A stretch of DNA of 64,000 nt from an uncultured Microthrixaceae bacterium (lineage in GTDB: Bacteria; Actinomycetota; Acidimicrobiia; Acidimicrobiales; DATDAH01). Under the pieces are notes generated by a model, which ran no database searches, was not told where the DNA came from, and was given only the letters and a program-made list of their open reading frames with translations. Below, one piece after another: positions 44,162 through 55,954 of the stretch (position 1 is its first letter; each line of letters starts with the position of its first letter). Location of the stretch: assembly GCA_963748285.1 (NCBI GenBank), contig CAVVIF010000009.1, positions 52,262 through 116,261 of the forward strand, given 5' to 3'. The position numbers were made by a program, and so were the translations under genes.

Positions 44162-45566
44162 TCAGCCGACCGAGCCCTCCATCTGGAGCTCGATGAGGCG
44201 GCTCCACTCCACGGCGTACTCCATGGGGAGCGTGCGGGTGACGGGCTCGATGAAGCCGTTGACGATCATGCCCATGGCCTGCTCCTCGGAGAGGCCGCGG
44301 CTCATCAGGTAGAAGAGCTGCTCGTCAGCCACCTTGGAGACGGTGGCCTCGTGGCCCACCACGGCGTCCGCCGATCCCACCTCCATGTAGGGGTAGGTGT
44401 CCGAGACGCTCTCGTCGTCGAGGATGAGGGCGTCGCACTGGACGTGGCTCTTGCAGCCGTAGGCATCGTCCTCGACCCGGACCAGGCCACGGTAGGAGGT
44501 GCGCCCGCCGTCCTTGGAGATGGACTTGGACACGATCTTGGACGTGGTCTCCGGGGCGGCGTGGACCATCTTGGCCCCGGCGTCCTGGTGCTGGCCCGGG
44601 CCGGCGTAGGCGACCGACAGGACCTCGCCGGAGGCCTTCGGGCCGACCATGTAGACCGAGGGGTACTTCATGGTCAGGCGGGAGCCGATGTTGCCGTCGA
44701 TCCACTCCATGTGGCCCTCGGTCTCGACCCGGGCCCGCTTGGTGACCAGGTTGTAGACGTTGTTCGACCAGTTCTGGATGGTCGTGTAGGTGACCCGGGC
44801 CGAGGGCTTCACGATGATCTCGACGACGGCCGAGTGCAGCGAGTCGGTGGTGTACACCGGGGCCGAGCAGCCCTCGATGTAGTGCACCTGGCTGCCCTCG
44901 TCGGCGATGATCAGCGTCCGCTCGAACTGGCCCATGTTCTCGGCGTTGATCCGGAAGTAGGCCTGCAGGGGCATCTCCACGTTCACGCCGGGGGGCACGT
45001 AGATGAACGAGCCGCCGGACCAGACCGCGGAGTTGAGGGACGAGAACTTGTTGTCGTTCGGGGGGATGACCTTGCCGAAGTAGGCCTTGACGATCTCGGG
45101 GTGCTCCCGCAGCGCCGTGTCCATGTCGGTGAAGATGACGCCCTGGGCCTCGAGGTCCTCGCGGTTGCGGTGGTAGACGACCTCGGACTCGTACTGGGCG
45201 GTCACCCCGGCGAGGTACTTGCGCTCGGCCTCGGGGATGCCCAGCTTCTCGTAGGTGTCCTTGACCGAGTCGGGCAGCTCGTCCCAGGCGTCGACCTGAT
45301 GGTCGGTCGGCTTGATGTAGTAGTAGATGTTGTCGAAGTCGATGCCGGTCATGTCCCCGCCCCAGTTGGGCATGGGGCGCTTGGTGAACTGGTCGTAGGA
45401 CTTCAGCCGGAACTTCCGCATCCAGTCCGGCTCGCCCTTCATCCAGGACATCTCCTGGATGATGTCCTCGTTCAGGCCGCGCTTGGGCTTGAAGACGTAG
45501 TCCTCTTCGTCGCTCCAACCCAGCTTGTACCGAGAGAGATCGAGAGATCACATCACTGGCGGTCAT
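44162..45566 (-). CDS. sufB: Fe-S cluster assembly protein SufB; one frame change near 45540
   Basis: ATG at 45566 is preceded by [14 protein letters not shown] shifts to [40 protein letters not shown] and continues into the 429-aa ORF ([23 protein letters not shown]...). Confidence 0.9.
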
Positions 45567-45571
45567 CACTG

Positions 45572-45577
45572 CCTCCT
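45572..45577 (-). promoter_or_regulatory. Shine-Dalgarno AGGAGG for sufB
   Basis: The plus strand reads CCTCCT at 45572-45577. There is a 5-nt spacer before the ATG at 45566. Confidence 0.6.
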
Positions 45578-45665
45578 GGACCCACGGGGTACCGGGCAAT
45601 TTCTCCTACGTGGATAGTAACAACCCCACCCGGCCCCGCCACTTGACCGGCCGCTTCTGCGGCCG

Positions 45666-47765
45666 ATGGAGACGGGTTCGATCCCCAGGGAGGAAGGTTG
45701 GCCAGCGCCGCGCAGCCCGACGTGCCCCGTGACCACACGCGCCCCGGTCCCCGATCTCCTCGCGGGGGTCCCGGTGGGCGTGTTCCTCACCGACGAGGAC
45801 CTGCGCCTCATCTGGGCCAACCCGCGCGTCGGCGAGCTCACCGGGGTGCGGGTCGAGGACGCCACCGGGCGGTCCCTACCCGAGCTGGCCGGCCCGGACG
45901 CCGACCGGGTCGAGGAAGCCCTGCGGGAGGCCTGGACCCGCCAGGAGCCGTGCCCTGACCTGGTTCCGGGCCCAGCACACCGACGGCGGACGGCGTCGCG
46001 GTCCAGCTGCGAGCCGCCATCGCCCGCGACGCCCACGGCCGGTCCGTCGGCCTCATCGGCTCCCTCGACGACGTCGCCGCGGTGACCCAGGCCGACGACT
46101 CGACCACCCGGGCGGCGACGATCCTCGAGTCGAGCAGCGACGCCGTCTTCAGCATCACCGACGACAGCCGGGTCTGGTTCCTGAACGGGGCGGCCGAGGA
46201 CCTCTTCGGCGACGCCGAGATCGGCGAGCCCACGCTGCAGGCCCTCTTCACCTCCGAGTCGCTCCGCCGCTTCGACGCCGAGATCCTGGGCCAGGTCGAG
46301 ACCGACAACGCCTGGAACGGTGAGCTGACCATGCGGGGCCGGGGCGGGAGCCCGATCTACGTCGAGGTCACCCTGCGGGCCGAGCGCGACCCCGACGGCC
46401 GGCTCCGGGAGCTGAGCGGTGTGGCCCGGGACAGGACCGACCGCCGCCGGGTCGAGGCCGCGTGGGCCCACCGGGCCCTCCACGACCCGCTGACCGGCCT
46501 CCCCAACCGGGCGCTCCTGCTCGACCACCTGGAGAAGGCCCTCGCCCGGGCCAGCCGCGACGGCACCCACGTCGCCCTGCTCTTCTTCGACGTCGACCGC
46601 TTCAAGCTGGTCAACGACACCCGGGGCCACGACGTCGGCGACGACCTGCTCTGCCAGATCGCCGACCGCATCCGCACCGTGCTGCGCCCCCACGACCTGG
46701 TCGCCCGCCTCGGCGGTGACGAGTTCGTCGTCCTCTTCGACGGGGTGGAGAGCGACAGCCACGCCCTGGCCGTCGGCCGCCGGGTCACCGAGGTCATCGA
46801 GACCGAGCCGATGGCCCTGGCCAACGGCGAGCTCTCGGTGACGATCAGCGCCGGCGTCGCCCTCTCCCACACCGGCACCCCGCCCGACCCGGCTCATGCG
46901 CGAGGCCGACGCCGCCATGTACCGGGCCAAGGAGCTGGGCCGGGCCCGCCTCGAGCTCTACGACGACGACCTGCGCCGCCGGGTGGCCGAGCGGGTGGCC
47001 CTGTCCGACGACCTGAGCCGGGCCATGGCCGACAACGCCATCGCCCTGCACTACCAGCCGTTCGTCAGCCTGCGCACCGGCCAGGTGACCGGCATGGAGG
47101 CGCTGGCCCGGTGGAACCACCCCACCCGGGGCCCGCTGCCCCCCACCGAGTTCATCGGCCTCGCCGAACAGACCGGCCTCATCGACCAGCTCGGCCCCGT
47201 GCTGCTCCGCAACGCCTGCCTCCACGCCCGGGCGTGGCAGTCCGAGGTGGCCCAGGCCCCCCGGCTCCACGTCAACATCTGCGGCCGCCAGCTGGCCGAC
47301 GACCAGTTCCCCACGGTCGTGCGCAACATCCTGGCCGAGACCGGGCTCGCCCCCCACCGCCTCTGCCTCGAGATCTCCGAGTCCGACCTCCAGGGCGACA
47401 CCGAGGTCGCCGTGGGGGCCCTGCAGCGCCTCAAGGACGTCGGCATCGACCTCGCCATCGACGACTTCGGCACCGGCGTGTCGTCCCTCCCCCACCTCCG
47501 CAGCTTCCCCGTCGACCTGCTCAAGGTGGACCGGTCGTTCATCGACGGCCTCGGCCCGGACCCCGAGGACTCCGCCATCGCCGCGGCCATCGTCAGCCTG
47601 GCCCACAACCTCGAGATCGAGGCCGTGGCCGAGGGCGTCGAGACCGTCGAACAGCTCTCCGAGCTCCAGGCCCTCGGCTGTGACGCCGCCCAGGGCTATC
47701 TCTTCGCCAAGCCCATGGCCGCCGCCGAGGTCCTCCCCTACCTCGACCACGTCTACGCGGTCTGA
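45666..47765 (+). CDS. PAS-PAS-GGDEF-EAL c-di-GMP signalling protein; at least three frame changes; start uncertain
   Basis: PAS: VGVFLTDEDLRLIWANPRVGELTG and DAVFSITDDSRVWFLNGAAEDLFG. GGDEF: DPLTGLPNR...RLGGDEFVV. EAL: TGMEALARW...DDFGTG...LKVDRSF...EGVE. Confidence 0.85.
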
Positions 47766-47933
47766 GGTCCTGACCCAGCTGGTCGGGCTGGGCTCGTCGG
47801 GGCGTGCCGGCTGTCGGGCTGGGGAAACCGATGGCAGGGATGGGGGCGTGGGGTCGGGCCGATCGTCGTCGGGGGCACCCGAGCCGTCGATTCTCACCCT
47901 CCGTGGCCATCCGAGGGCCGATCCGTGCCCCAC

Positions 47934-47991
47934 TCCCGTTCTGGCGCCCTTTTTGGGTGCTATAGCGACCGAATCAGGCGCCAGAACGGGA
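47934..47991. repeat. Palindromic element copy A: 14-15-bp perfect inverted repeat CCCGTTCTGGCGCC / GGCGCCAGAACGGG with a 28-nt A/T-rich loop
   Basis: Read directly: arms at 47935-47948 and 47977-47990. It lies between the convergent GGDEF-EAL and ABC genes. Its outer motif is shared with copy B at 56585-56643. Confidence 0.85.
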
Positions 47992-48181
47992 CGTGGTCAC
48001 GGCCGGTGAGATCCGGGGATCTGGCACCTCGCACAGTGGTGGAGCGGCCGCTCGCCGTGGTCGTCGCGCTCGGATGCCCCCGACGTGCCGCAGCCCGACC
48101 TGCGCCCCATTCCCTGCCATCGTTCCCCCAGCCCGACGATCGGTGGGCACCAGACCAGCCATGGCCCAACGGGCCGGCGGA

Positions 48182-49971
48182 TCAGGCGGCGGTGGTCGAG
48201 CCGGACCAGGTGGCGTACATGGCGGCGTAGTGGCCGCCCTTGGCCACCAGCTCGGCGTGGGGGCCGACCTCGACGAGGCGGCCGTCGGCCACGACCGCCA
48301 CCCGGTCGGCCCGCTCGGCGGTGCTCAGGCGGTGGGCGACGAGGATCACGGATCGGCCCTCGGTGAGGCGGACCACGGCGGCCTCGACGAGGGCCTCGGT
48401 CCCCGGGTCCAGGCTGGAGGTGGCCTCGTCCAGGACCAGCACGGCGGGGTCGGCCAGCGCGGCCCGGGCCAGGGACACCAGCTGCTTCTCGCCCGCCGAC
48501 AGCCGGGAGCCCCGCTCCCGCACCTCGGTCTCCAGACCCTCCGGGAAGGCCTCGAAGCGCTCCAGCAGGCCCAGCTCGGCCACGGCCGCGTCGACCTCGG
48601 CGTCGGTCGCGTCCAGGCGGCCGACCCGGACGTTGTCCCGCACGGTGCCGGCGAACAGGAAGCCCTCCTGGGGCACCACCACGATCCGCCGGCGCAACGA
48701 GCCGATGCGGGCGTCACGCAGGTCGACCCCGCCGAAGCGCACCGTGCCCTCGGTCGGGTCATAGAGCCGGGACATCAGCTTGGCCAGCGTCGACTTGCCC
48801 GCCCCGGTCGGGCCGACCAGCGCCAGGCGCTCACCGGTGGCCAGGCTCAGGCTGACGTCCCGCAGCACCTCGGCCTGGTCGGGGCCGTAGGCGAAGCTAC
48901 ACGCCGTCGACCTCGAGGTCGCCCCGCTCGGGCAGGTCGACGGCCCCGGGCCGCTCGGCGACGTCGACCGGCGTGTCGAGCAGCTCGAAGAGCTTGTTCA
49001 GCGCCGCGCCGGCCGACTGCAGGACGTTGAACAGCTGGCTGAGCTGCTGGACCGGCTCGAAGAGGTTGGAGAGGGTGAGGACGAAGAAGGTGACGGTGCC
49101 GATGGTCACGATGTCCTCGAAGACCATCCAGCCGCCGACGCCGACCACCGCCGCCGTGGTGCCGATGCCCGCGAACTCGATGATCGGCAGGTACCAGGCC
49201 TGGATCTTCACCGAGTCCATGTGGGCGTCGTAGAGGACCCGGTTCCCCGACCGGAACCGGCCGACCTCGGCGTCCTCCCGCCCGAAGGCCTGGATGACCC
49301 GGACGCCGGTGATGCCCTGCTGGAGGTCCGACAGGGTCGAGCCGATGCGGTCCCGGACGACCAGGTAGGCCTGGTTGGACTGCCGCTGGAAGCGGATGCT
49401 GGCCAGGATCACCGGCGGCAGGGCCACCAGGCAGACGAGCAGCAGCTGCCAGGAGACGACGCCGAGGGCGACGAACGAGAAGACCAGCAGCAGCGTGTTG
49501 GTCACGAACATGAGCAGCCCGAACTGGACCAGCTCCTGCAGGGACTCGACGTCGGAGGTCATGCGGGACACGACGACGCCGGCCTTCTCGCGGTCGTAGA
49601 AGGGCATCGAGAGCCGCATCAGGTGGGCGAACACCCGCAGGCGGACGTCCCGCAGGAACGACTCGCCGACGACGCTGACCAGCACGACCACCCGGCGGTA
49701 GACGACGTAGCCGAGGACGGCGATCACCACGTAGAGGCCGATGGCCAGGTTCAGGGCACCGACGTCGCCCGGCGGTCAGCCCTGGTCGATGGCGTAGCGG
49801 ACGAGGAACGGCCCGGCCAGCACGCAGCCCGTCCAGACGACGAGCAGGAGGCTGGCCACCACGACCTTGCGCCGGTACGGCCCCAGCATCCGGGCCGCCC
49901 GCCGGATGACCTGCTTGGCCGCGTCGGCGTCGAGCATGTCCTCCTCGGCGACGCCGACCTCACCCCACATC
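48182..49971 (-). CDS. ABC exporter permease-ATPase, second subunit of a heterodimeric pair; frame changes near 49775 and 48895
   Basis: ATGTGGGGTGA start/stop overlap at 49960-49971. TMD in ORF 48897-49730. NBD: GPTGAGKSTLAKLM, LSAGEKQL, LVLDEATSSLD. Confidence 0.8.
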
Positions 49972-51765
49972 GGCCGCGCCTCCCGTCCGTCCTCGACGAC
50001 CTCGGCCGAGGCCAGGACCTGCCGGTAGCGGGCGCTGGTGGCCAGCAGGACCTCGTGGGTGCCTTCGGCGGCCACCCGGCCCGCCGTCGACCAGCACGAC
50101 CCGGTCGGCCAGGGCGACGGTGGCCGGGCGGTGGGCGATGACGATCGTGGTCCGACCGGCCATCACCTCGGCCAGGGCCCCCCGGATCTCGTGCTCCTTG
50201 GTGGGGTCCACCGCCGAGGTGGCGTCGTCGAGGATGAGGACCCGTGGGTCGGCCAGGATCGCCCGGGCGATGGCCAGGCGCTGGCGCTGGCCGCCCGACA
50301 GGGAGAAGCCCCGCTCGCCCACGAGGGTGCCGTAGCCCTCGGGCAGCTCGCTGACGAACTCGTGGGCCCCGGCCAGCCGAGCCGCCCGTTCGATCTGGTC
50401 CTGATCGGCCTCGCCGTCGGCGAAGGCGATGTTCGCGGCCACCGTGTCGTGGAACAGGAAGGTCTCCTCGAACACGATGCCGACCGCCCGCCGGAGCTCG
50501 ACCAGCTTCACGTCCCGCACGTCCACGCCGTCGAGGACGACCCGCCCCGCGTCGACGTCGTAGAAGCGGGGCAGGAGGTGGGCGACGGTGGACTTGCCCG
50601 AGCCCGTCGCCCCGACCAGGGCCACGGACTCCCCCGGCGCCACCCGGAGCTCGAAGCCCGAGAGCACGGACATGGCCCCGTCGCCGTACCCGAAGCCCAC
50701 CCCCTCGAAGCAGACCTCGCCGCCCGGATGGCCGGCGTCCCGGGGCGGAAGGCTCACCGCGCCCCCGTCGTCGGCGATGTCGGGGTCGGTCACCAGGATC
50801 TCGTGGACCCGCTGGGCCGAGGCCGCCGACCGCTGGGCCTGGGCGATGATCATCCCCAGCATGCGCAGCGGCCAGATGAGCAGCACGACGTAGACGTTGA
50901 AGGCCACGAAGGAACCGAGGCTGAGGCTGCCGTCGAGGACCTGGTGGCCGCCGTAGCCGAGGACGGCCACGAGGCCGATGTTGGGCAGGAGCTCCATGGC
51001 CGGCAGGTAGGTGGCCCGCACCCGGGCGGCCGCCATCGACTCGCGGTAGACGTCGTCGGCCTCGTGGCGCAGCCGGTCGGTCTGGCCCTGCTCGGCCCCG
51101 AAGCCCTTCACCACACGGATGCCCGACACCGACTCCTCGACCACCGAGGCCAGCTCCGCCGACTCCCGCTGGATCGCCATGGCCGGCACGTGCAAGCGGC
51201 TCGAGAAGCGCTTGCCCATCCAGTTGAGGAACGGCAGCCCGCCGAGGGCGAGCACGGTCAGGACGGGATCGATGAAGGCCAGGATGACCGCCACCGACGC
51301 CACGCACAGCGCGTTGGAGATCGTCAGCGGGACGAGCACGACGAACTGCTGGACCTGCTGCAGGTCGGTGTTCGCCCGGCTCATCAGCTCGCCGGTCTGG
51401 TTCTCGTCGTGGAAGGCGAAGTGCAGCCGCTGGAGGTGGGCGAACAGCCGGTCCCGCAGCACCAGCTCGGTCCACCGGCTCTCGCGGAAGGCCAGGTACC
51501 GGCGCAGCCCGGTGAAGGTGGCGGCCACCACGCCCGCCCCGGCGATGGCGAGGGACCAGTAGACGAGGGCCTCGCCGTCGTCGGCCACGATCCCCTGGTC
51601 GATGGCGGTCCGCACCAGGAGCGGGGCGGCGACCTTGCCGACGGTCCAGAGCAGCCCGACCACGACCCCGGCGGTGATGCCCTTCCACTGGGCCCGCATC
51701 GTGTCGCCGATGAGCTGCCAGCCGTCGCGACTCGAACGCGAGTCGTCAACGGAGGACAAGGCCAT
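49960..51765 (-). CDS. ABC exporter permease-ATPase, first subunit; a pair of compensating frame changes in the last ~130 nt
   Basis: 601-aa ORF. NBD: GATGSGKSTVAHLL, LSGGQRQRLAIARA, LILDDATSAVD. The true C-terminus GRVAAEGTHEVLLATSARYRQVL is in another frame (ORF 49776-50075). Confidence 0.85.
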   Translation of the reverse strand: MALSSVDDSRSSRDGWQLIGDTMRAQWKGITAGVVVGLLWTVGKVAAPLLVRTAIDQGIVADDGEALVYWSLAIAGAGVVAATFTGLRRYLAFRESRWTELVLRDRLFAHLQRLHFAFHDENQTGELMSRANTDLQQVQQFVVLVPLTISNALCVASVAVILAFIDPVLTVLALGGLPFLNWMGKRFSSRLHVPAMAIQRESAELASVVEESVSGIRVVKGFGAEQGQTDRLRHEADDVYRESMAAARVRATYLPAMELLPNIGLVAVLGYGGHQVLDGSLSLGSFVAFNVYVVLLIWPLRMLGMIIAQAQRSAASAQRVHEILVTDPDIADDGGAVSLPPRDAGHPGGEVCFEGVGFGYGDGAMSVLSGFELRVAPGESVALVGATGSGKSTVAHLLPRFYDVDAGRVVLDGVDVRDVKLVELRRAVGIVFEETFLFHDTVAANIAFADGEADQDQIERAARLAGAHEFVSELPEGYGTLVGERGFSLSGGQRQRLAIARAILADPRVLILDDATSAVDPTKEHEIRGALAEVMAGRTTIVIAHRPATVALADRVVLVDGGPGGRRRHPRGPAGHQRPLPAGPGLGRGRRGRTGGAADVG

Positions 51766-51815
51766 GCCCCGAATCTACCGACCGGCCCGGATCCCCATTC
51801 AGGGGATTGCCGCCT

Positions 51816-52338
51816 TCAGTCCAGGCGGCGCATCTCGTCCCGGAAGCGGCGGCCCCGCTCCACGTACGACACGACGGCCTGCTCGAACTGGCCCGGCGGT
51901 CACCGCGTCCTCCCGCAGCTTGGCCGGCACCCCCAGCGCCATGGCCCCGGTGGGGACCTCCATGCCCCCGGGGACCAGGGCGTTGGCCCCGACCAGCGCC
52001 CCGGTGCGCACCACGGCCCGGTGCAGGACGACGGAGCCGGAGCCGACGAGGGAACCGTCCTCGACGATGCAGCCCTCGAGGTGGGCGTTGTGGCCGACCA
52101 CGCAACGGTTGCCGACGGTCGTGGGCTGGAACGCCGTGGTGTGGATGACCGTGCCGTCCTGGATCGAGGTGGCGGCGCCGATGAGGATGTCGCCGTCATC
52201 GCCCCGCAGGACCGCCGTGGGCCAGATCGTCGACTCGGCCCCGATGTGGACGCGGCCGATCACCACCGCGTCGGGATGGACGTAGGCCGTGGGTGGATCT
52301 CGGGCTCGGCCGTCGCCGAGGGCGTAGATCGGCAACAC
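51816..52338 (-). CDS. Gamma-class carbonic anhydrase / hexapeptide (YrdA/PaaY-like) protein; frame changes near 52290 and 51890
   Basis: PTAYVHPDAVVIGRVHIGAESTIWPTAVLRGDDGDILIGAATSIQDGTVIH. The tail QFEQAVVSYVERGRRFRDEMRRLD ends at TGA 51818-51816. Confidence 0.75.
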
Positions 52339-52844
52339 TACGACGCGAAGGAGCCGTAGCCGCCGCGGAAGAACACCAGGGGGTGGCCCTCGCGCTCGAC
52401 CTTCAGCTCGTGCACCCGGCCGGTGACGATGTAGTGGTCACCGGCGTCGTGCACGTCCTCGAGGGTGCAGTCGATCCAGGCCAGCACGTCCCGGATGACC
52501 GGCGAGCCGGTGCCGGCCGGTCGCCAGCCGACGCTCTGGAACTTGTCCTCGCCCTTGCCCGCGAAGACCCGGGCGACGTCCTCCTGGTCGTCGGCCAGGA
52601 CGTTCACGCAGAAGGAGCCCGCGGCCTCGATCTTGGGCCAGCTGGAGGACGACTTGCCTGGGCAGAAGCCCACCAGGGCGGGCTCGAGGGACACCGAGAA
52701 GAACGAGCCGACGGCGAGGCCGACCGGGGCTCACCCGTCGGCATGGGCGGCCACGACGGTCACCCCCGTCGGGAAGTGGCCGAGGACCTGGCGGTACCGG
52801 GCTTCGTCGATCACCGGGCCGGAGGAGGGAGTGGAGTCGCTCAC
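52338..52844 (-). CDS. Flavin reductase (FMN-binding split barrel) with an in-frame TGA at 52733-52731
   Basis: GTG at 52844 (GTGA overlap with the MBL gene stop). RQVLGHFPTGVTVVAAHADG-TGA-APVGLAVGSFFSVSLEPALVGFC... is all in a single frame. Confidence 0.7.
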
Positions 52845-53779
52845 GAAGCGCGCAGGCTACGCGGCACGTGCCCCTCGGCCGGAGACGGGGTCAGTGGCGA
52901 CGCGGCGTCGGCGCCGGCGAGCCCGGCGACCGGCCCCTCGAGGGAGTCGAAGGCGACGGTGAGGCCCTCGTAGGCCGCCGATGACCTCGACCCCCAGCGC
53001 CTCGCCCTGCGCCACCGCGCCCTTGGCGAGCCGGTCGAGGGTGTCGTCGTCGTGGGACGGGTCGTGGTGGAACAGGGCCACGCGCTTGGCGCCGGCCTGG
53101 GCGGCGACGTTGACGGCGTAGTCGATCGTGCAGTGGCCCCAGTCGGACTTCGCTGGCGAACTCGGCGACGGTGTACTGCGCGTCGTGGATCAGGAGGTCG
53201 ACGCCGTCGGCCAGCTCGAGGACCGAGTCGGCCACGTCCATGCTGCCGTCAGGCGGGGCCTGGTGGTCGCTGATGTAGGCCACGGTGATGCCGGCGTACT
53301 CGACCCGGTAGCCCGCGGTGCGCCCGACGTGGGGCACGGTCCGACTGGTGACCTTGGCGTCGCCCACCGACCACCTGGTCGTCGAGCAGGTCGTGGAAGA
53401 CGATCTCGCCGTCGAGGGCCTCGATCTCCACCGGGAAGAACGGGGGGCGCAGGAACTGGCGGAAGGCCTCCTCGAGGCTCATCCCCTCCGGCGGAGGCCC
53501 GTAGATGTCCAGGCGGGCACCGGGGCGGAGGACGGGGACGAAGAACGGCAGGCCCTGCACGTGGTCCCAGTGCAGGTGGCTGACCAGGGCCGAGCCCCGG
53601 AACGAGCCGTCCTGGGGCTGGGTCTCGCCCCAGAAGCGGAGGCCGGTGCCCAGGTCGAACACGACGGGGTCGTGGCCGGGCGCTTCGAGGGCGACGCAGG
53701 CGGTGTTGCCGCCGTAACGGGCGAGCTCCCGGCAGGCGCACGGGGTGGAGCCCCGGACCCCGAAGAAGTTGACGTTCAC
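52841..53779 (-). CDS. MBL-fold metallo-hydrolase; several frame changes
   Basis: GTG at 53779. LVSHLHWDHVQGLPFF is the HxHxDH motif. Also VAYISDHQ...LIHDAQY and ALFHHDPSHDD. Confidence 0.8.
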
Positions 53780-55143
53780 CGTTCGTCCCCCGGCAACATG
53801 GCGTTCCCCCCTCTATCGACACTACCCACCACGAGTTGCGCAACCGCTCGGGTGACACCTGTCACACCACCCTTCAGGAGGTCGGTGCGCGTCAGGCCGC
53901 CGGCGAAGGTCCGGGCCGCCAGGCGCATCGCGAGGGCCGCCTCCCGCAGGAGCTGGGCCGACTCGATCGGCTCCGCTCCGGCCGCCTCGGCCACGCGAGG
54001 CGTCGGCGTAGGCCAGGATCGACTCGGTGTGGGGCACCAGCTCCTCGGCCACGGCCTCCTTGGTGAAGGCCGGGTAGCGGTCGGACAGCAGGACGCCCGA
54101 GATCGTCCCGGAACCCCTCCAGCTGGCGCCTGGGCCGCGTCGATGCCGGCGGCGTCGTCGTCCACCAGCGCCGTCGTGTAGTCCACGAAGTCCCCGATGT
54201 GGCTGCCCCAGACCTCGCCGAACTCGGCCTGGGCGGCCTCGTCGGTCGGCTCCATGGCCTCGGACAGGGCCACGGTGTTCTCGTCGACGGCGGCCAGCAC
54301 GCCGGCGGGGCCGGGTGCCGCGGCGTCACCGTCGGCCTCGACGATCTCGGCCAGGGCGAGACCGGTCAGCAGCGCGCTCTCCTGCATGAGCCCGGTCAGC
54401 TCGGCCCGCAGGGCGGCCTCGGGCGAGTCCACCTCGCCCTCGGTGGCGCTGTGGGTGGCGATGATCTCGGCCAGCGCCGTCGGCGCCGGCGGGCATCTCC
54501 TCGGCGGCGGCCCGCAGCTCCACGGCAGCCCCCTCGGTGCCCGCGGCCAGGTCGTCGGACAGTGGTGACGAGCTCCTCGTCGCTGGCGGTCAGCGCCTGG
54601 TCGAAGCTCTCGAAGTCGGCCTCGGGATCGGCGTCGACGAAGGACGTCGACGACCTCTTCCCGCGCGCGGTCGATCGCCTCGGTCGTGCCCCCGCCGAAG
54701 GCCGAGGTCGAGGAACGCCTGCTGGTGCGCGTCCCAGGCCTCGAGGAAGGTCGTGCCCTGCGACCGTGCCGTACGCGGCGCCGACGATCTCGGACAGCTC
54801 CGTGGCGCTGTCCCCGAGGGCTTCGGCGGTGGCCGCCGCCTCCAGGCCCTCCAGGTCGCCACCCTCGGCCTCGGCGGCCTGCACGGTGAAGCCGGTCAGG
54901 TACACCTGCTCCTCGAACAGGGCCGTGAGGTCCGATCGGAGGCGTGGCCGCCGGGCTCTCGCTCGGCGGGTCCTCGACGGCGACGGCCGTGGTGGTCGTC
55001 GAGTCGTCGGCGGCAGCCGTGGTCTCGGTGGAGGACTCGTCGCCGGAGTCGTCGCTGCAGGCGGTCGCCAGCAGGAGGACGACGGCGACGAGAGCGATCA
55101 GGGACGTGGCGCGTGAGCGAGTTCGGGTGACCATTGCCTCCAT
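53776..55143 (-). CDS. Putative lipoprotein, helical-repeat, unknown function; many frame changes
   Basis: The signal peptide with lipobox is SLIALVAVVLLLATAC. The acidic, Ala-rich body is spread over three frames. Stop at 53778-53776, overlapping the next GTG. Confidence 0.5.
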   Translation of the reverse strand: MEAMVTRTRSRATSLIALVAVVLLLATACSDDSGDESSTETTAAADDSTTTTAVAVEDPPSESPAATPPIGPHGPVRGAGVPDRLHRAGRRGRGWRPGGPGGGGHRRSPRGQRHGAVRDRRRRVRHGRRARPSSRPGTRTSRRSSTSAFGGGTTEAIDRAREEVVDVLRRRRSRGRLRELRPGADRQRRGARHHCPTTWPRAPRGLPWSCGPPPRRCPPAPTALAEIIATHSATEGEVDSPEAALRAELTGLMQESALLTGLALAEIVEADGDAAAPGPAGVLAAVDENTVALSEAMEPTDEAAQAEFGEVWGSHIGDFVDYTTALVDDDAAGIDAAQAPAGGVPGRSRASCCPTATRPSPRRPWPRSWCPTPSRSWPTPTPRVAEAAGAEPIESAQLLREAALAMRLAARTFAGGLTRTDLLKGGVTGVTRAVAQLVVGSVDRGGNAMLPGDER

Positions 55144-55190
55144 CCTCGCACTCAGGTCAGGGCATCGCGCCAGTCCGGGGAGCGTCCCGG

Positions 55191-55954
55191 TCAGACCAGG
55201 GCGCCCGTGACGAGGGGCTCGGTGCTGGGCTGGGTCGAGCCGCCACCGGGCTCCTCGGTGATCGCCAGGGTGGTGATGTCGCCCTCGACGTGGAACTCCG
55301 ACTGCCCGGGATCGGCGCCGAGGACGCCGAGGGAGACCATCGACTCCCGCCCGTCGGGCAGGCCCCAGAGCTGGTAGGTCTGGCCCTCGGCGAGCTCCGG
55401 GAGGCCTGCGGCGAGCAGGACGCTGTCGCCGTCGTCGCCGACCACGGCCCGGGCCTCGGCCACCCCGTCCTCACTGTGCAGGCTCACCACCTGCGTGCCG
55501 GGCTGCTCGAGCAGGGCGAGGACCGAGTCGCTGCCGTGAGGCGTCGGCGACCTCGCCCTGGAGGTCGTCGATCTGGGAGCGCTGGTTGACCAGGACGCCG
55601 GCCATCAGCGCCACGACCAGGACCACCGCGGCCGCCGCCAGCGCCGGCCAGGACCCGAACCGGCCGGTTCCGGGCCACCGTGCGCTCGGCCTCACGCTGG
55701 CCGAAGGCGACCTCGATCGGCACGGGCGGTGGGGTGTCGCCGAGGTCCGCCGCGATGCGGTCCCAGACCCCGTCGGGAACGGGCTCGGTGGAGCCGCTGG
55801 TCAGCAGGGCCGCCACCTCCCGGTGCTCGGCCACCTCGGCCCGGCACCGGGGGCACTCGGCGAGGTGCTCCTCGACGATGCGAGCCTCGTCGGGGTCGAC
55901 GGCGTCGAGGGCGTAGGCCCCGAGCAGCTCCTCGATCTCGTGGTGCGCCATCAC
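55191..55954 (-). CDS. Anti-sigma factor (zf-HC2 N-domain, one TM, RskA-like C-domain); frame changes
   Basis: EELLGAYALDAVDPDEARIVEEHLAECPRCRAEV. TM: WPALAAAAVVLVVALMAGVLV. C-domain: VVSLHSEDG...GQTYQLWGLPDG...ITEEPGGGS. Confidence 0.75.
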
